Shown: positions 48,163 to 59,647 of the stretch, piece by piece
Numbering within the stretch: the stretch's first letter is position 1
Layout of the letters: the number at the start of each line of letters is the position of its first letter
Source: Vairimorpha necatrix
Lineage: Eukaryota
Reading direction: 5' to 3'
DNA: 64,000 nucleotides
Assembly: GCA_036630325.1 (NCBI GenBank)
Contig: CP142727.1
Span: 310,001 to 374,000, forward strand
Program-made: the position numbers and the translations under genes
Notes under the pieces: generated by a model
Databases searched by the model: none
Told to the model about the DNA's origin: nothing
Seen by the model: only the letters and a program-made list of their open reading frames with translations

Positions 48163-48502
48163 ATCTATTAAGTAAAAATGAACAAATTATAATTTATATC
48201 TTAATTTATTGCATAAACAAACTTAATAAAAATATATTGTGCATAAACAAAGTTATAAATAAACTCATAAATAATTTATTGTGCATAAACAAAACAATAA
48301 AAAAATACTCATAAATTTGACATCCTCAACTTAAAAAGATGCCGTAGAGGAATAAGTGGCTAGAGCTGTAAGTGCACTTCTGAAAGGTCAAGTGCTAAGA
48401 AGAATGAGAGATTATGAAGAGCTATTCATTTATTTAATCAAATATTTTGAGGGTGTTTTTTAAAATGTAGTTTTGCACTATTTTCTTGTCCCTTTTAAAT
48501 TT

Positions 48503-48850
48503 ATGCAAAATAGTAATTTAAAGAAACAAATTTATGAACTAACAAAATGCATAAAAGAAGGAAACTACAAAAAACCAGAAAACATTGACAACTTAGAAGA
48601 AAAAATAAATACTCTAGAAAACAAAATAAATACACAAATTAATAATTTAAATTTTAAAGTAGAAAATTCTACTATGAAGACAATCTCAGATGTAAATGGA
48701 GAAATAAGTTAAATTCTGAATTTTACATTAGAAAAAAAAAATAAAGAAAAATATTATGAGAAACTTAGTGGATTTTATAGTAACAGGAAAAGGGAATATT
48801 TATGGGATACAGAGAAAATTAATGAATTTTTTAAATCTTTAATGCAATGA
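48503..48850 (+). pseudogene. Small coiled-coil ORF with in-frame TAA at 48710-48712 and 45 further open codons
   Basis: CCC motif upstream; the same frame continues ILNFTLEKK...FFKSLMQ*. Confidence 0.45.
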
Positions 48851-48879
48851 AATGTGTTTAATAAATAATAATCTTAGTT

Positions 48880-49288
48880 ATAAGAAAATTTAGTCTATTT
48901 TTGAAAATGCTAATTTTGTGTATTAGATCATAAAAATATTATGTTTTTTACAGAAATATTTGTTAAAGAACATGCAAGATCGACTTGTCTATATTTTTCT
49001 ATGTGGTTTTTGATTTTCAAAGGACTCTCTTCTATTTTATTTATCTTTTTTCTAATTAGAATATTCTTGACCCGTTTTATGTCAAAGATGGTGTTTTTTC
49101 ACTGTACTGTTTCTTCGTTATGTACGCCAGGATTTTCAAAGAAAAACAGTTTTTCTTTACTTCGCTCTCCTTCAGTACTTATAAATACGAAAATCTGTTA
49201 AATCTATCCAAAGATTATAATTGTGTCTGTTGTGTGAATTTTCTATCAAGATTTAAATGAAAAGAAATGTTTACGAATTTGTCTCCGT
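48880..49288 (-). pseudogene. Possible decayed ORF
   Basis: Minus frame QIFVFISTEGERSKEKLFFFENPG...*KNTIFDIKRVKNILIRKK... broken by stops. Confidence 0.3.
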
Positions 49289-49878
49289 TTAAGAGGTTTC
49301 TATTTCGACAATATAAATCACAGAATCATCATGGAGATGAGGAGACAAACAGGTCAGATTTTTATATTTTTTTATAATTTTAGGCGTAATTTTACGTATC
49401 ATCCCAAATATAAGTGACGGCGCTTCTTTGTTTTCTTTTTTTATCTTTTTTACAATATTTTCACTCAGAAAATATGGCTGTCCATCCCAAGCTTGATAAA
49501 TTAATTTATTAACGGTAAATTCAAAAGATTCCTCGTAATAAACCGCCAAATACGGAAAATCAAAATAATTCGCATTTTTACAAGATACCAATTTCTTAAA
49601 ACAAATAGTATCTCGTATTTCGTTAAGTAGAATCAATTTAACTTTGAAGACATTTTTAAATTCTATTGAACAGATCGGGCATTTTTTGGAAAATTCTATC
49701 ATCTCCATGAGACATTCTTTACAGAAGACGTGGTTGCAATCTGTAATTAAACTATTTTTAGGATAAGAAAGACAAATACAACAATCTGAATCGTTTTTCT
49801 AATAAAATAGCTTACATTTTCATATTTTAAACCTGTGTCTCGTGATTTTAATACGACTTTATTGGAATTGAAAATCAT
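49289..49878 (-). CDS. RING E3 ligase, RNF10/Mag2-like; frame break near 49799-49815
   Basis: CCICL...ITDCNHVFCKECL...CPIC RING upstream of the listed ORF; IYQAWDGQPYFL matches the RNF10/Mag2 motif; ATG 49878 follows CCCC. Confidence 0.75.
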
Positions 49879-49927
49879 AACCAATTTGGGGTATAAAAAA
49901 TTTTTAAATTCATTTTTCATCCCTAAA

Positions 49928-50188
49928 ATGGAACATAAAACTATTTGTACTCCTTTTAATAAGACTGGTTATTGTAAATATGGTGATGCTTGTAAATATT
50001 CACATATAAGAATTAATACACAGTCATTAGAAAATATCTGCCCTATTTGTAGGCTGAAAATATCTAGTGCTGTTTTTACTAATTGTAATCACGAATATTG
50101 CAAGGAATGCATTACAGAATCGAAAGACGCATTAGAAAAATGTGTATTTTGTGGAGAAGAAACACATGGAATATTTTACAAAAAATAA
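49928..50188 (+). CDS. CWC24: Pre-mRNA splicing factor Cwc24/RNF113 (minimal CCCH + RING)
   Basis: CTPFNKTGYCKYGDACKYSH then CPIC...TNCNHEYCKEC...CVFCGEETHGIF; ccctaaaATG. Confidence 0.85.
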   Translation: MEHKTICTPFNKTGYCKYGDACKYSHIRINTQSLENICPICRLKISSAVFTNCNHEYCKECITESKDALEKCVFCGEETHGIFYKK

Positions 50189-50345
50189 AAAAAAAATTTA
50201 TAATTTTTTTATAAATCATGGAGGCATACGAAATATTTTACAGAATAAAATTGAATATCAAAATTAAATTCCAAAAAAGGAAAATATTTCAAAACTTAAT
50301 TTTTAAAAATCCAATATTTTTCTACTAGTTAAATTTTTACCCTAA

Positions 50346-51941
50346 ATGTCTCAACTCCTCACTGACGAAATTGGTCAAGCCTTTGAAATCACTGATGATT
50401 CAAATATCAGAGTACAAGGCAAAAACACAATTTATACAAATATATCCATCGTAAATAACATTACGAATTTCATTTCTTCTTCTTTTGGTCCATGTGGTAT
50501 GGACAAAATACTACAAAGTAAAGACGACGAAATAACAGTCACTAATGATGGAGCCACAATTCTCAGAGAAATGGACATGACAGACAATGACATAGCCCAA
50601 TTATTTGTACAGCTGAGTGAAGCACAAGATAATGAAATAGGAGATGGCACTACGGGAGTATTGATACTGGCCAATGCTATGCTACAAAACAGTAAACAAC
50701 TCATGGAGAAAGGAATTCATCCTATAAGAATAGCAGAAACTTATGACAATATGCTTAATAAAGCGATAGACCATCTTACACAAATATCTGAGCCTATAAA
50801 GAATAAGAAAGAAGCCATGCTAAATGCAGCTAAGACGAGTTTGTACAGTAAAGTCGTGTCTAAAGCACACAATAAATTTGCCGAAATTTGTGTAGAAGCC
50901 ATTTTATCAGTCGCAGACGTAGAAAGAAAAGATGTGGATTTTAGTCTCATAAATTACGAGAAGAAATTTGCCAATGATGTGTCAGAGACAGAACTCATAA
51001 AAGGAATGGCCATAAAAAAGGAATTTAGTCATCCACAAATGAAAAAAGAATATAAAAATGCGAAAATAGCACTTTTAGCTTGTCCATTTGAACCACCAAA
51101 ATTGAAAAATAAGCACAGTTTGCTTATAAAAAATCCAGAAGAATTTAAAGCTCTACAAAATTATGAGAAAGAAACCTTTCTTGATATGATAAAAAGTCTA
51201 AAAGACGCCAAAGTAGATCTTGTAATGTGCCAATGGGGATTTGATGATGAAGCAAATTCCTTATTAATGGAAAATAATCTCCCAGCTATAAGATGGGTAG
51301 GAGGAAATGACCTTGATTTGATAGCAGTACACGTAAATGGAAATATTATTTCTAGATTTGAAGATCTGAAATATGAAGATTTGGGCCAAGCCGACGTCAT
51401 GGAAATTTCTGATGGTACTGAAAATGAAAAGCTTATCATAATCCAAAATAATAAACAGAAGAAAGCCGTGACTATCATTGTAAAAGGCGGAAATGACATG
51501 ATCATTGAAGAAGCGAAGAGATCACTTCAGGATGGCCTGTGTGCAGTAAGAAATGTCCTTATTAATGACAGATTAGTCTATGGCGGCGGAGCATCAGAAA
51601 TTTCTACGTCTATTTTTATCGAGCAAGAAAGTGCAAAATATTCTGGAGAAGAACAAGAATGTATCATTGCATTTAGTAGAGCACTAGAACAAGTGCCTCT
51701 ACTCCTGGCCCAAAATAGTAACTTTGATTCACTTAAAACACTCACGGAATTGAGAAAAAGACAAATTGAAAGTAAAAATCCATTTTTAGGCGTAGATTGT
51801 CTTGAACTTAATGAGAATAATATGAAGACACTGAATATCTTTGATACTTTGAGCAGTAAAATAAGTCAGTTGCAGAGTGCAGTACAATTTGTCAGTACGA
51901 TCCTTAAGATTAATGATGTAATAGTCAATAGTAATAAATAA
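50346..51941 (+). CDS. CCT5: T-complex protein 1 subunit epsilon
   Basis: TNDGATIL, EIGDGTTGV, FSHPQM, CPFEPPK, CQWGFDDEAN. Confidence 0.95.
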   Translation: MSQLLTDEIGQAFEITDDSNIRVQGKNTIYTNISIVNNITNFISSSFGPCGMDKILQSKDDEITVTNDGATILREMDMTDNDIAQLFVQLSEAQDNEIGDGTTGVLILANAMLQNSKQLMEKGIHPIRIAETYDNMLNKAIDHLTQISEPIKNKKEAMLNAAKTSLYSKVVSKAHNKFAEICVEAILSVADVERKDVDFSLINYEKKFANDVSETELIKGMAIKKEFSHPQMKKEYKNAKIALLACPFEPPKLKNKHSLLIKNPEEFKALQNYEKETFLDMIKSLKDAKVDLVMCQWGFDDEANSLLMENNLPAIRWVGGNDLDLIAVHVNGNIISRFEDLKYEDLGQADVMEISDGTENEKLIIIQNNKQKKAVTIIVKGGNDMIIEEAKRSLQDGLCAVRNVLINDRLVYGGGASEISTSIFIEQESAKYSGEEQECIIAFSRALEQVPLLLAQNSNFDSLKTLTELRKRQIESKNPFLGVDCLELNENNMKTLNIFDTLSSKISQLQSAVQFVSTILKINDVIVNSNK

Positions 51942-52193
51942 ATTAATAATAACATCTTTCTATCTTTGATTGCTTCTAAACTTCATAAGCACAATTGTGT
52001 AATCTTTGTATCCATTTAAATTAATATAAAAAGACAAACAGCAAATAGAATAATAAACTTCGTAGATACGACACTTTGCCCAACATTCTTTCCTTAAATT
52101 GGATGTAAAAATGCAATATGTGCTTAATTGGGATAGAACATTGCGAGGAACCACGCAAGACAAGGAAGTAAACTCGAAATTAAAGACCAAATT

Positions 52194-52232
52194 TCCAGTA
52201 GTCCACTGAGAGCACCTCGGTGGACTACTGGA
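52194..52232. other. 17-bp inverted repeat (strong hairpin)
   Basis: tccagtagtccactgag-agcac-ctcggtggactactgga with one U.G pair. Confidence 0.9.
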
Positions 52233-53644
52233 GAGGAGAAGTAGATCATAGGCTTACCTACGTAAGAAGTACTTGGAAAAGGCTTGACAATCTTTAGTGA
52301 TGTTTAAGGCAAAATTAGAAAAATAAAAAAGATGCAAAAATTAATATCTAAATATATTCATCTACATTGAAAACCGCATTTAAGTTATTTTGTCATTGAA
52401 CGTAGAGCCTCAAAACGCAACATGTCGACTAAATAACGAGAATACTGGGCGATTGTATCCTATCAAATATCTCTTTTTTAAATTATATTGCAGCAAGCTC
52501 CGCCATACACCATGGACTTTAACTCCTAAAAACCAATTTTTTGTTTCTACTTAGATTTTTTTTCTCTTATGCATTATGCAAAATTTTATCTATTTATAGT
52601 TTTTATGCATAATAAACAAACAAACAAAACAATTATTTGTGGCTTACTACAATATATTAAATTTTTTTTATATGCTTCGATGTACATGTTTCTTTTTATG
52701 TAAATTAAAATAACCACTAAATATAGTTTAGTTCTGCAGTAGACAATAGAATTTTTATAGGCATAAATAACATGATGTGTATTGTATATTAAGTTATGAC
52801 GTGTCACACTTTGTTTGTTTTTATATTTATATGTCTTATTTGCAAATATAACTAATACTCATTTCTTCTTATTGTGGTTGTATATAAAGCAGCCTTTAAT
52901 TTTGAGCTAATATGTTTATATTAATTTTTGACTTGTTAATAGAAATGTGGCAGATTAAGTTCTTTATTGATCAATTAATTTTGACGTCGTTTAGGAAACT
53001 TTAGACAAGTGATTTAAATTTTAGCTTATATCATTTTTCGGACATGTCTTTGTTCAATTTTTATTAATATTTATAATTATTTAAAACACTCACAATAGAT
53101 CTGATCGGTATAATAAATCTTTTATCACTTATAAACATCAAATACAATAAACCATCAGTAAATATTAAACAACCGTGTTGTAAAAAAATATCACATTATT
53201 TGGATTCTTTTTAAAAGCTGTTGAGACATGTCAATTAAGATTTTTTACTGGAATTCGTTAAATTGGCGGGAATTTTGACATGTATCAATTATCCTTTCGC
53301 GAAATGAAAACTAAATTGATCATATTGTTGAGGATTTAAAATAAAATATATTAATTCTTGATTTTTCAATTTTGTTTGTTGACATTTTTTTAAGTCAAAA
53401 TTTAAACTTTACTATTTCAATTATTAATCTTATTTACACAATTAAAACGCGTTATTTACTAAATGTCAAAAATTTTATAAATAAATCTTATTGATGTGGA
53501 ATGCACATTTTTATAGAAAAACTTGCATTTTTCTCAATAACTCAGTGTTTTAATAATTTTTCATCTTTTTTTTCTAATGTTTTTGTTTACTTAAAAAATT
53601 TTAAAAATTTTAAATATTTTTTGAATAATTTCACCCTTGGCTCT

Positions 53645-54484
53645 ATGGATTTTTCTAAAGACTTGTTTGTTCAAAACATGCTTGATTATTGTGTAAAACT
53701 TATTATGTGCTTCTGTAAATTCAGAATTTGCTTGTTGGAATATTTTAATGTATTAAACAATTTTATCATCGAACTTATGAATTTGTTTTTTAGAAAAAAA
53801 GCGAAAGTACTACCGAAAGACGACATGTTTTTGGTATTTAATGGCGATACAAAACTTAAAGAAATGGTGTGTTCCAAATCTACCAAGATTTCGACTTCTA
53901 AATCATCGTCAATTATAAAATGTTGGGATTATAAAGAAGACAGAGTTTATGAGACTAATCTCAATATGAATGATCTAATTACTCATTATTTTAAATCTTA
54001 TAAGATTTATGAGAAGAATAAGCGATCTTTTTTGTCTAAAATAGATTCTGTGTATGTTGTACTTACAGACATAGCAAGAAGTACCGAACTGTGGAATAAA
54101 GATCGATTTAAAATGGCGAAGAGTATTATTGAACATGATAATATTTTTTATGAATTAATTGATCAATTTTGCGGAATAGAATTGAGAAATGAAGGGGATT
54201 CTTTTTTGGCAGCATTTTTGGATAAAAATAAGTGCTTAGAATTCGCTAAAAATTTTTATAGTCGAGTTTCTAATATACATTTTGATGAGAAATATAAAAT
54301 TGAAGTCAAAGTGGTAGTAAATAAAGAAAAAATTCTGTACAAAAAATCAAGAGATTTAATAAGTCAGAATATTAAAGATACTTATGAAATGATAAGACAT
54401 ACATCTACTAACAAAATATGTATAAATGAAGCATTTATGAATAATCAGAAAGATAAAATGTTTTGTGTCCACTATTGTAAATAA
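53645..54484 (+). CDS. Class III nucleotidyl cyclase (adenylate cyclase)-like domain protein
   Basis: VVLTDIARSTELW and ELRNEGDSFLAAF; start after cacccttggctct. Confidence 0.8.
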   Translation: MDFSKDLFVQNMLDYCVKLIMCFCKFRICLLEYFNVLNNFIIELMNLFFRKKAKVLPKDDMFLVFNGDTKLKEMVCSKSTKISTSKSSSIIKCWDYKEDRVYETNLNMNDLITHYFKSYKIYEKNKRSFLSKIDSVYVVLTDIARSTELWNKDRFKMAKSIIEHDNIFYELIDQFCGIELRNEGDSFLAAFLDKNKCLEFAKNFYSRVSNIHFDEKYKIEVKVVVNKEKILYKKSRDLISQNIKDTYEMIRHTSTNKICINEAFMNNQKDKMFCVHYCK

Positions 54485-54589
54485 ATTGTATTTTTAATTT
54501 AAAAAAATTTAGTATTGTTTTATAAATTTAACATCTATTTATTCAGTTTTGTTTTATATAATTTCGAGGTTACTTATAAATAAAAAATT

Positions 54590-56580
54590 TTATTAGGGGC
54601 TGCTAAGTGTAGTTTATACTTCTAATTTAACAATAATAGGTCTCGTGTTGGCGTCTTCTGCTTGTAGTAGCTTCCGGCTTCATGGGCCTTTCCGCATCGG
54701 CTTCGTCTCCTCTCCTTCGATATTCCAGAGAATTGCTTTCTAGCGTCTTCTTTGGCGCAATCATTTGGATGTACGCTGTTATCTTCTTAGAAATTTCGAG
54801 TCTTGTGGTATAAGATTTGTGAAATTTGATCACTATACCGATCAAGTGATTATATAGGAAGTTATTTCTGTTTTAAACCCCATATATTAAGCCAGTTTGT
54901 TCGCAAGGACATCATACTTTCTTAACTTATCGTTTTTTATTTGCTGTAGGTTTTCTTGTGATGTGACACCTATCTCGATTATTCTGATCAATTTGTTCTT
55001 TTTACTTACTACGACAATGTCCGGGTTATTATATTTGATCTTTATGTCCGTTTTTACCGTCGTGTCTATTCTCATTTCCACATCTTTGTTGGCAACTTTT
55101 TTTTTGTACTGAGTGGTTTCTTGATTTCTTCTTAGGCTGAACTTTATATTTTTACACAGAAGTAAGTGGATCAATATAACAATTTCATTATGCCTTCTCA
55201 TGTAATCGTGTCCTTGCATTTTTTCGCACCTTGTAGCTAGATGATCCACAGTCTTTGCTGATTTATTACAATGAGTGCAGTTTATAATCGATCTATAAAT
55301 ATATTTCGGTCTTGTAGGGCACATAACTTACTTTCTGTCCTGATATTCGTGTTACCTACTTTAAGCCATAATGATGAGTTTTTAATGTCGACTATTTCAT
55401 TTTATTTTGCCCTGAACAATTTTATATGTCATGTTGCATTATTTATGTTGTTGTATTGGTAGTTAGCTGTGCCTCCGCTAACGATTTCTGTTCCATATCT
55501 TTTAGCTTATATTTTTCGAAACGTATGCTTTGATTAGAGATAAGTGAGTTTTCTTTTATGCTGGTTTATTATAATAGCTCGTCTTCTAGGGTAGATATTG
55601 ACCGTTTGTTCGAAGTCCGATATTAGTTTGAATAGCATACACTTTTAAATACTCCACTAGTTAGTCCTCTTCTAAGCGCATAACGGGGCAGGTATGCCTT
55701 TCTTTGCATGCCGGTTGTAAATAGCCTCCATGATGTTCAATGATATTCTAATGCAGAGTCTATCTCCTCAAATATCTACGGTTCTAAATCTAGTACTTCG
55801 ACATTAAAATTTATTATTGAGATAGCAAAATCCTTAATAGCTTTGTAGGTGTTCTTGCCGTTAATTTTGGTATTGCTTATCATTCTTACTCGTGACTTTA
55901 TTTTTCCTTAATGAATTCAATTGTACTATTACTTGTTTGTTTTCCCCGGGGTCTAGAACTCCTAGGTATTTATATTCGTCATCCAGTGCCATAATAACCA
56001 TTTTTGTGCTGCTGATATCGCAATTTATCGCAGATTTCTTTTCATTCATTTCATCCCGAGCTCATAAGGTTACTTATTATGTATTGTTTTGTATAATTTG
56101 AAATGTAAATTTTTAAGTATAAATTTGATTAATTTTAAATCTTGTATAATAATATGTTTAGAAATTGTATAAGATAATTGTAAGTTTAGGTTTAAATTTC
56201 TAAATATATATTCTCAGCATACCCGCGAAAATTTAGAACTGAGCGTTGTATTTATCTCTACTACTTTGATCTCAAAATAAAAATGCATTTTTTATGTTAG
56301 CTGACTTTGGGCAGCGCTTTACTTTTTCGCTTATTACTATCTCTTCTAGTATTGTTCTTTACGGTACTTTCTTTCCTTGTTATAATACATAAACTCTAGG
56401 GGCATGGAATTTTTCTTACACATGCCTTTCCAACAATAGACTTAGATCTTGTCCGTCTTTCTCATTTATCAACTATAACACAATTCCTTTTTTATATTCT
56501 TCTCGTTTTGAATCTTTCTGGATTTTTAAACACCAATGCTTCAGCTATCATGCCTCGTTAGTTTTAAATGTGAATGGTAG
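54590..56580 (-). mobile_element. Decayed RLE-type non-LTR retrotransposon
   Basis: CTHC...TVDHLATRC, RRHNE, NPDIVVV, IEIGVT, KLRKYDVLAN, RT remnant YKYLGV; many frameshifts; 5' boundary uncertain (may reach about 57630). Confidence 0.8.
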
Positions 56581-56585
56581 GATTA

Positions 56586-56779
56586 TGACGTATCTTAGGC
56601 GGAGATACGTCTCGATGAGATTAAAGGTATTTTCAAAAGTAATGCTTTTTCTATTTTTAGCGTTTGTATTCATCTTCTTGCTCACCATGCCTTTTTTTGG
56701 GTTTTCGCTATTTATAGTTTTATATGTTTGTTTGTAAACAAACAACAACAAGAAGTTTTAATAGACCATTTTTCCAACA
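56586..56779 (-). mobile_element. Solo LTR related to the Gypsy element at 24735-28923
   Basis: TG...CA, perfect TSD GATTA (56581-56585, 56780-56784); shares atttatagttttatatgtttgtt..taaacaaaca and the tgac.tatc.ta terminus. Confidence 0.85.
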
Positions 56780-58355
56780 GATTATAGTGCCCCATTATAT
56801 GAACATGGAATATTTGTTAAAAATAGTAAACAAATAATGTGATGAGCTTTGTTTTGTTTGGTCAGGTCATCGCAGATTACCACTACACTTAATCTGGATA
56901 TTTTTTGTTCCAGATCTTACAGTCAATATTTTCCTTCATAACTCCTCTACGTCTTCACCTATCCGGTTCCTTGACTGATGTAAGTCATCGCCTTCTCTTC
57001 TGTTAGACAACCAACCATCTCCATTCTAACATCTACTGCATTTTTTTACGTCTCATGCCTCGACAGAACTTACAATCTCTTCTTTTTTTTTGTTTGGGGT
57101 TAATAATTTTTTATTCTCGACAATGTTAAAGATAATTGTAAGTTAATAGTTGGATTTATTATATTGTAAATCTCATAGGAGTTTAATAATTATTGTTTTT
57201 AAAATTTTTTTTTGTTATTATTAAGGTTTAAATTTTAAAAAAAAGACAAATTAAGTATTACATAGAATTCGAATGCTTAAACTGTATGTATGTATAGTGT
57301 TGGTTAATATTTAGGTCATTTAAGAGTTTTTTTCTTTTGACTCAGAAAGCTCTTCTGTGCCATTGAATTTTGGGCTAATGCAAATCTGTTGCCAGTTATG
57401 ATTATTAAGACTAATTTATTCGAAGGATTATTTATGCATGCGTTTATTAAATCTAGTTTAGAAATTTTAGTGGGTGCTCTGTCTATTATAAAATCTTTTT
57501 GATCTCGCTACATCGACTTATGCCTTAACACTGACATATGATGACTGCGCTGACTTGTCGCGTAATTGCTTGCAACTTATTATGATACTTAGTTCTGAAA
57601 TTAGACTCCCTCTATTTCGTCTATCCATAAATTCGTATAATTAATAAGTTGACTCATATTATTGTAATATGAACATAATTCGTTATATTTAATATACCAT
57701 ATTTAATAATTAATATATTGAATCATAAAAGATTTAATCAAAATTATAAAAAACAGGATTTTTTGTTAATAAATAATATCACAATGTTTTTCTAAAGGTT
57801 TATTAATAATATTACAATTATTTGATTAAAATTTTATAAATAATCTTTATAATAAAAGATGTTTCCACGTTGATATATGAATTTACAAATAAGGTAATAA
57901 TTTCTAAATGATCTTAGTAAAAAACAGACATAATATTAATGTTATATACAAAATGTTTATAAAACTTTTATATTAAGCAATTTACATAATCATAATAAAA
58001 TGATAAAAATAAAGCTGCCATTTACTTTTTAAAATATATTTTTTATTTTAAGGGTTTAAAATATTTTATCTTCGTTTTTAATCCAGTCACAAATGTAAAA
58101 AACATTTCACTGATCAAACTCAAAATCAAATAAAAGAAAAAGTAAACCATAAATACGTGATAAGAATATTTTTTATATGTTTACAATTATTATGACAAAA
58201 TTCTATACATTAAAAATCTTTATTAAAAACTGACATTACTAATTTAGTAAGAAGATTTTACACTTTAAAGTTGTGATAAATCGTTATTTATGAAATTTAT
58301 GACCAATTATTAATTGTAATTTTTCATATAAAAAAAAATTGATCTTCTGGGGTAA

Positions 58356-59507
58356 ATGTCCTCTATGTCTTCTGATAATGATATTGTGATAGTAGAAGCT
58401 TTAAGAACACCGTTGTCTAGAGCAACAAGAGGAAATTTTAAAGATCTGACTAATGATATGCTTGTATACTACGCTATAAAAGGAATTTTAGAAAAAACTA
58501 AAATTGAAGCGAAACTTATAGACGAAATATGTTTCGGCCACGGATTGTCGCCATTGAATGGCACACAGCCACTGAGAATAGGCGCGCTACGAGCGGGCGT
58601 TCCTTTGACAGTGCCGATTTCGACTTATAACAGACAATGTGCATCAGGACTTGATGCAGTAAACACTCTGGCAAATAAAATAAGAGTAGGAGAAATACAA
58701 ATAGGACTAGCAGGGGGATTTGAATCAATGACATCTTATTCTATCGACCAAGGGAAGTCTACTTGTCTTGATACAGACCAAGAAAAAGTCAAAGAATGTT
58801 TTTTGTCTATGGGAGAGACAGCCGAATTACTGGCTGAGAAATATAATATTATAAGAGAAGAATCAGATAAATATGCTCTAGAAAGTCAAAGAAGAGCTTT
58901 TGAGGCAACAGAAAAAGGTCTTTATAGTAATGAAATAATTCCTGTTGTGGTTAATAATCAAGTAATTGATAAAGACGATGGTATTCGTCTGACAAGCCTT
59001 GACAAACTTGGAAACTTGCGCTCTGTTTTCAAAGAAAATGGCGTGTGCACTGCTGGAAATTCCTCGCAATTATCAGACGGCGCATCTGCGATTTTGCTAA
59101 TGAAAAGAGAAAAAGCAAGTGAATTAAATTTAAAGATTATGGGAAGTTTAGTCGATTATGTGTGTGTAGGAACTAATCCTTCTCTTATGGGACAAGGACC
59201 AGTGCCCGCTGTAAGGAAATTGCTCAGTAAAAATAATTTGACTATTGAAAATATTGATTATTTTGAGATAAATGAAGCATTTGCCTGTCAAGCTGTTCAT
59301 TGTATCAAGGAATTGGGAATACCAAGTCATAAGGTAAATTTACAAGGAGGGTCTATTGCCTTAGGTCATCCTATTGGGTGCACTGGGGCCAGATTGGTGG
59401 CGACATTGTTGAATGTTATGAGAAATAATAATTTACGAGGATATGGAATTATTTCGCTTTGTGTTGGCACTGGACAAGGAGTCGCTGCTTTAATAAAAAT
59501 AGAATAA
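58356..59507 (+). CDS. Thiolase (acetyl-CoA C-acyltransferase)
   Basis: NRQCASGL, NSSQLSDGA, EINEAFA, GHPIGCTG, LCVGTGQG; GGGG motif upstream. Confidence 0.95.
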   Translation: MSSMSSDNDIVIVEALRTPLSRATRGNFKDLTNDMLVYYAIKGILEKTKIEAKLIDEICFGHGLSPLNGTQPLRIGALRAGVPLTVPISTYNRQCASGLDAVNTLANKIRVGEIQIGLAGGFESMTSYSIDQGKSTCLDTDQEKVKECFLSMGETAELLAEKYNIIREESDKYALESQRRAFEATEKGLYSNEIIPVVVNNQVIDKDDGIRLTSLDKLGNLRSVFKENGVCTAGNSSQLSDGASAILLMKREKASELNLKIMGSLVDYVCVGTNPSLMGQGPVPAVRKLLSKNNLTIENIDYFEINEAFACQAVHCIKELGIPSHKVNLQGGSIALGHPIGCTGARLVATLLNVMRNNNLRGYGIISLCVGTGQGVAALIKIE

Positions 59508-59647
59508 AACTATTTTAAAAAATATTTATTATTATTTATTAATAATTACTCAAGCTTGTATTGATAATTTTGAAGTTATAAATTTTATACTTTTTTTTGT
59601 TTATATTAAAAAAAAACAATATTGTTTGTTAATCAACCCTCTTTAAA

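Noticed and set aside
27235-48712. Genome-wide TAA reassignment suggested by two in-frame TAA codons
   Set aside because: Conserved genes in the window (RPB3, RPL19, CCT5, thiolase) terminate normally at TAA
50432-51505. Minus-strand ORFs inside CCT5 (similarly inside TFIIB, PTP, thiolase, Erv)
   Set aside because: Antisense shadow ORFs with no motifs or start signals
52194-52232. Hammerhead ribozyme or Helitron end
   Set aside because: No CUGANGA/GAAA core in the right topology and no CTRR shortly after the hairpin
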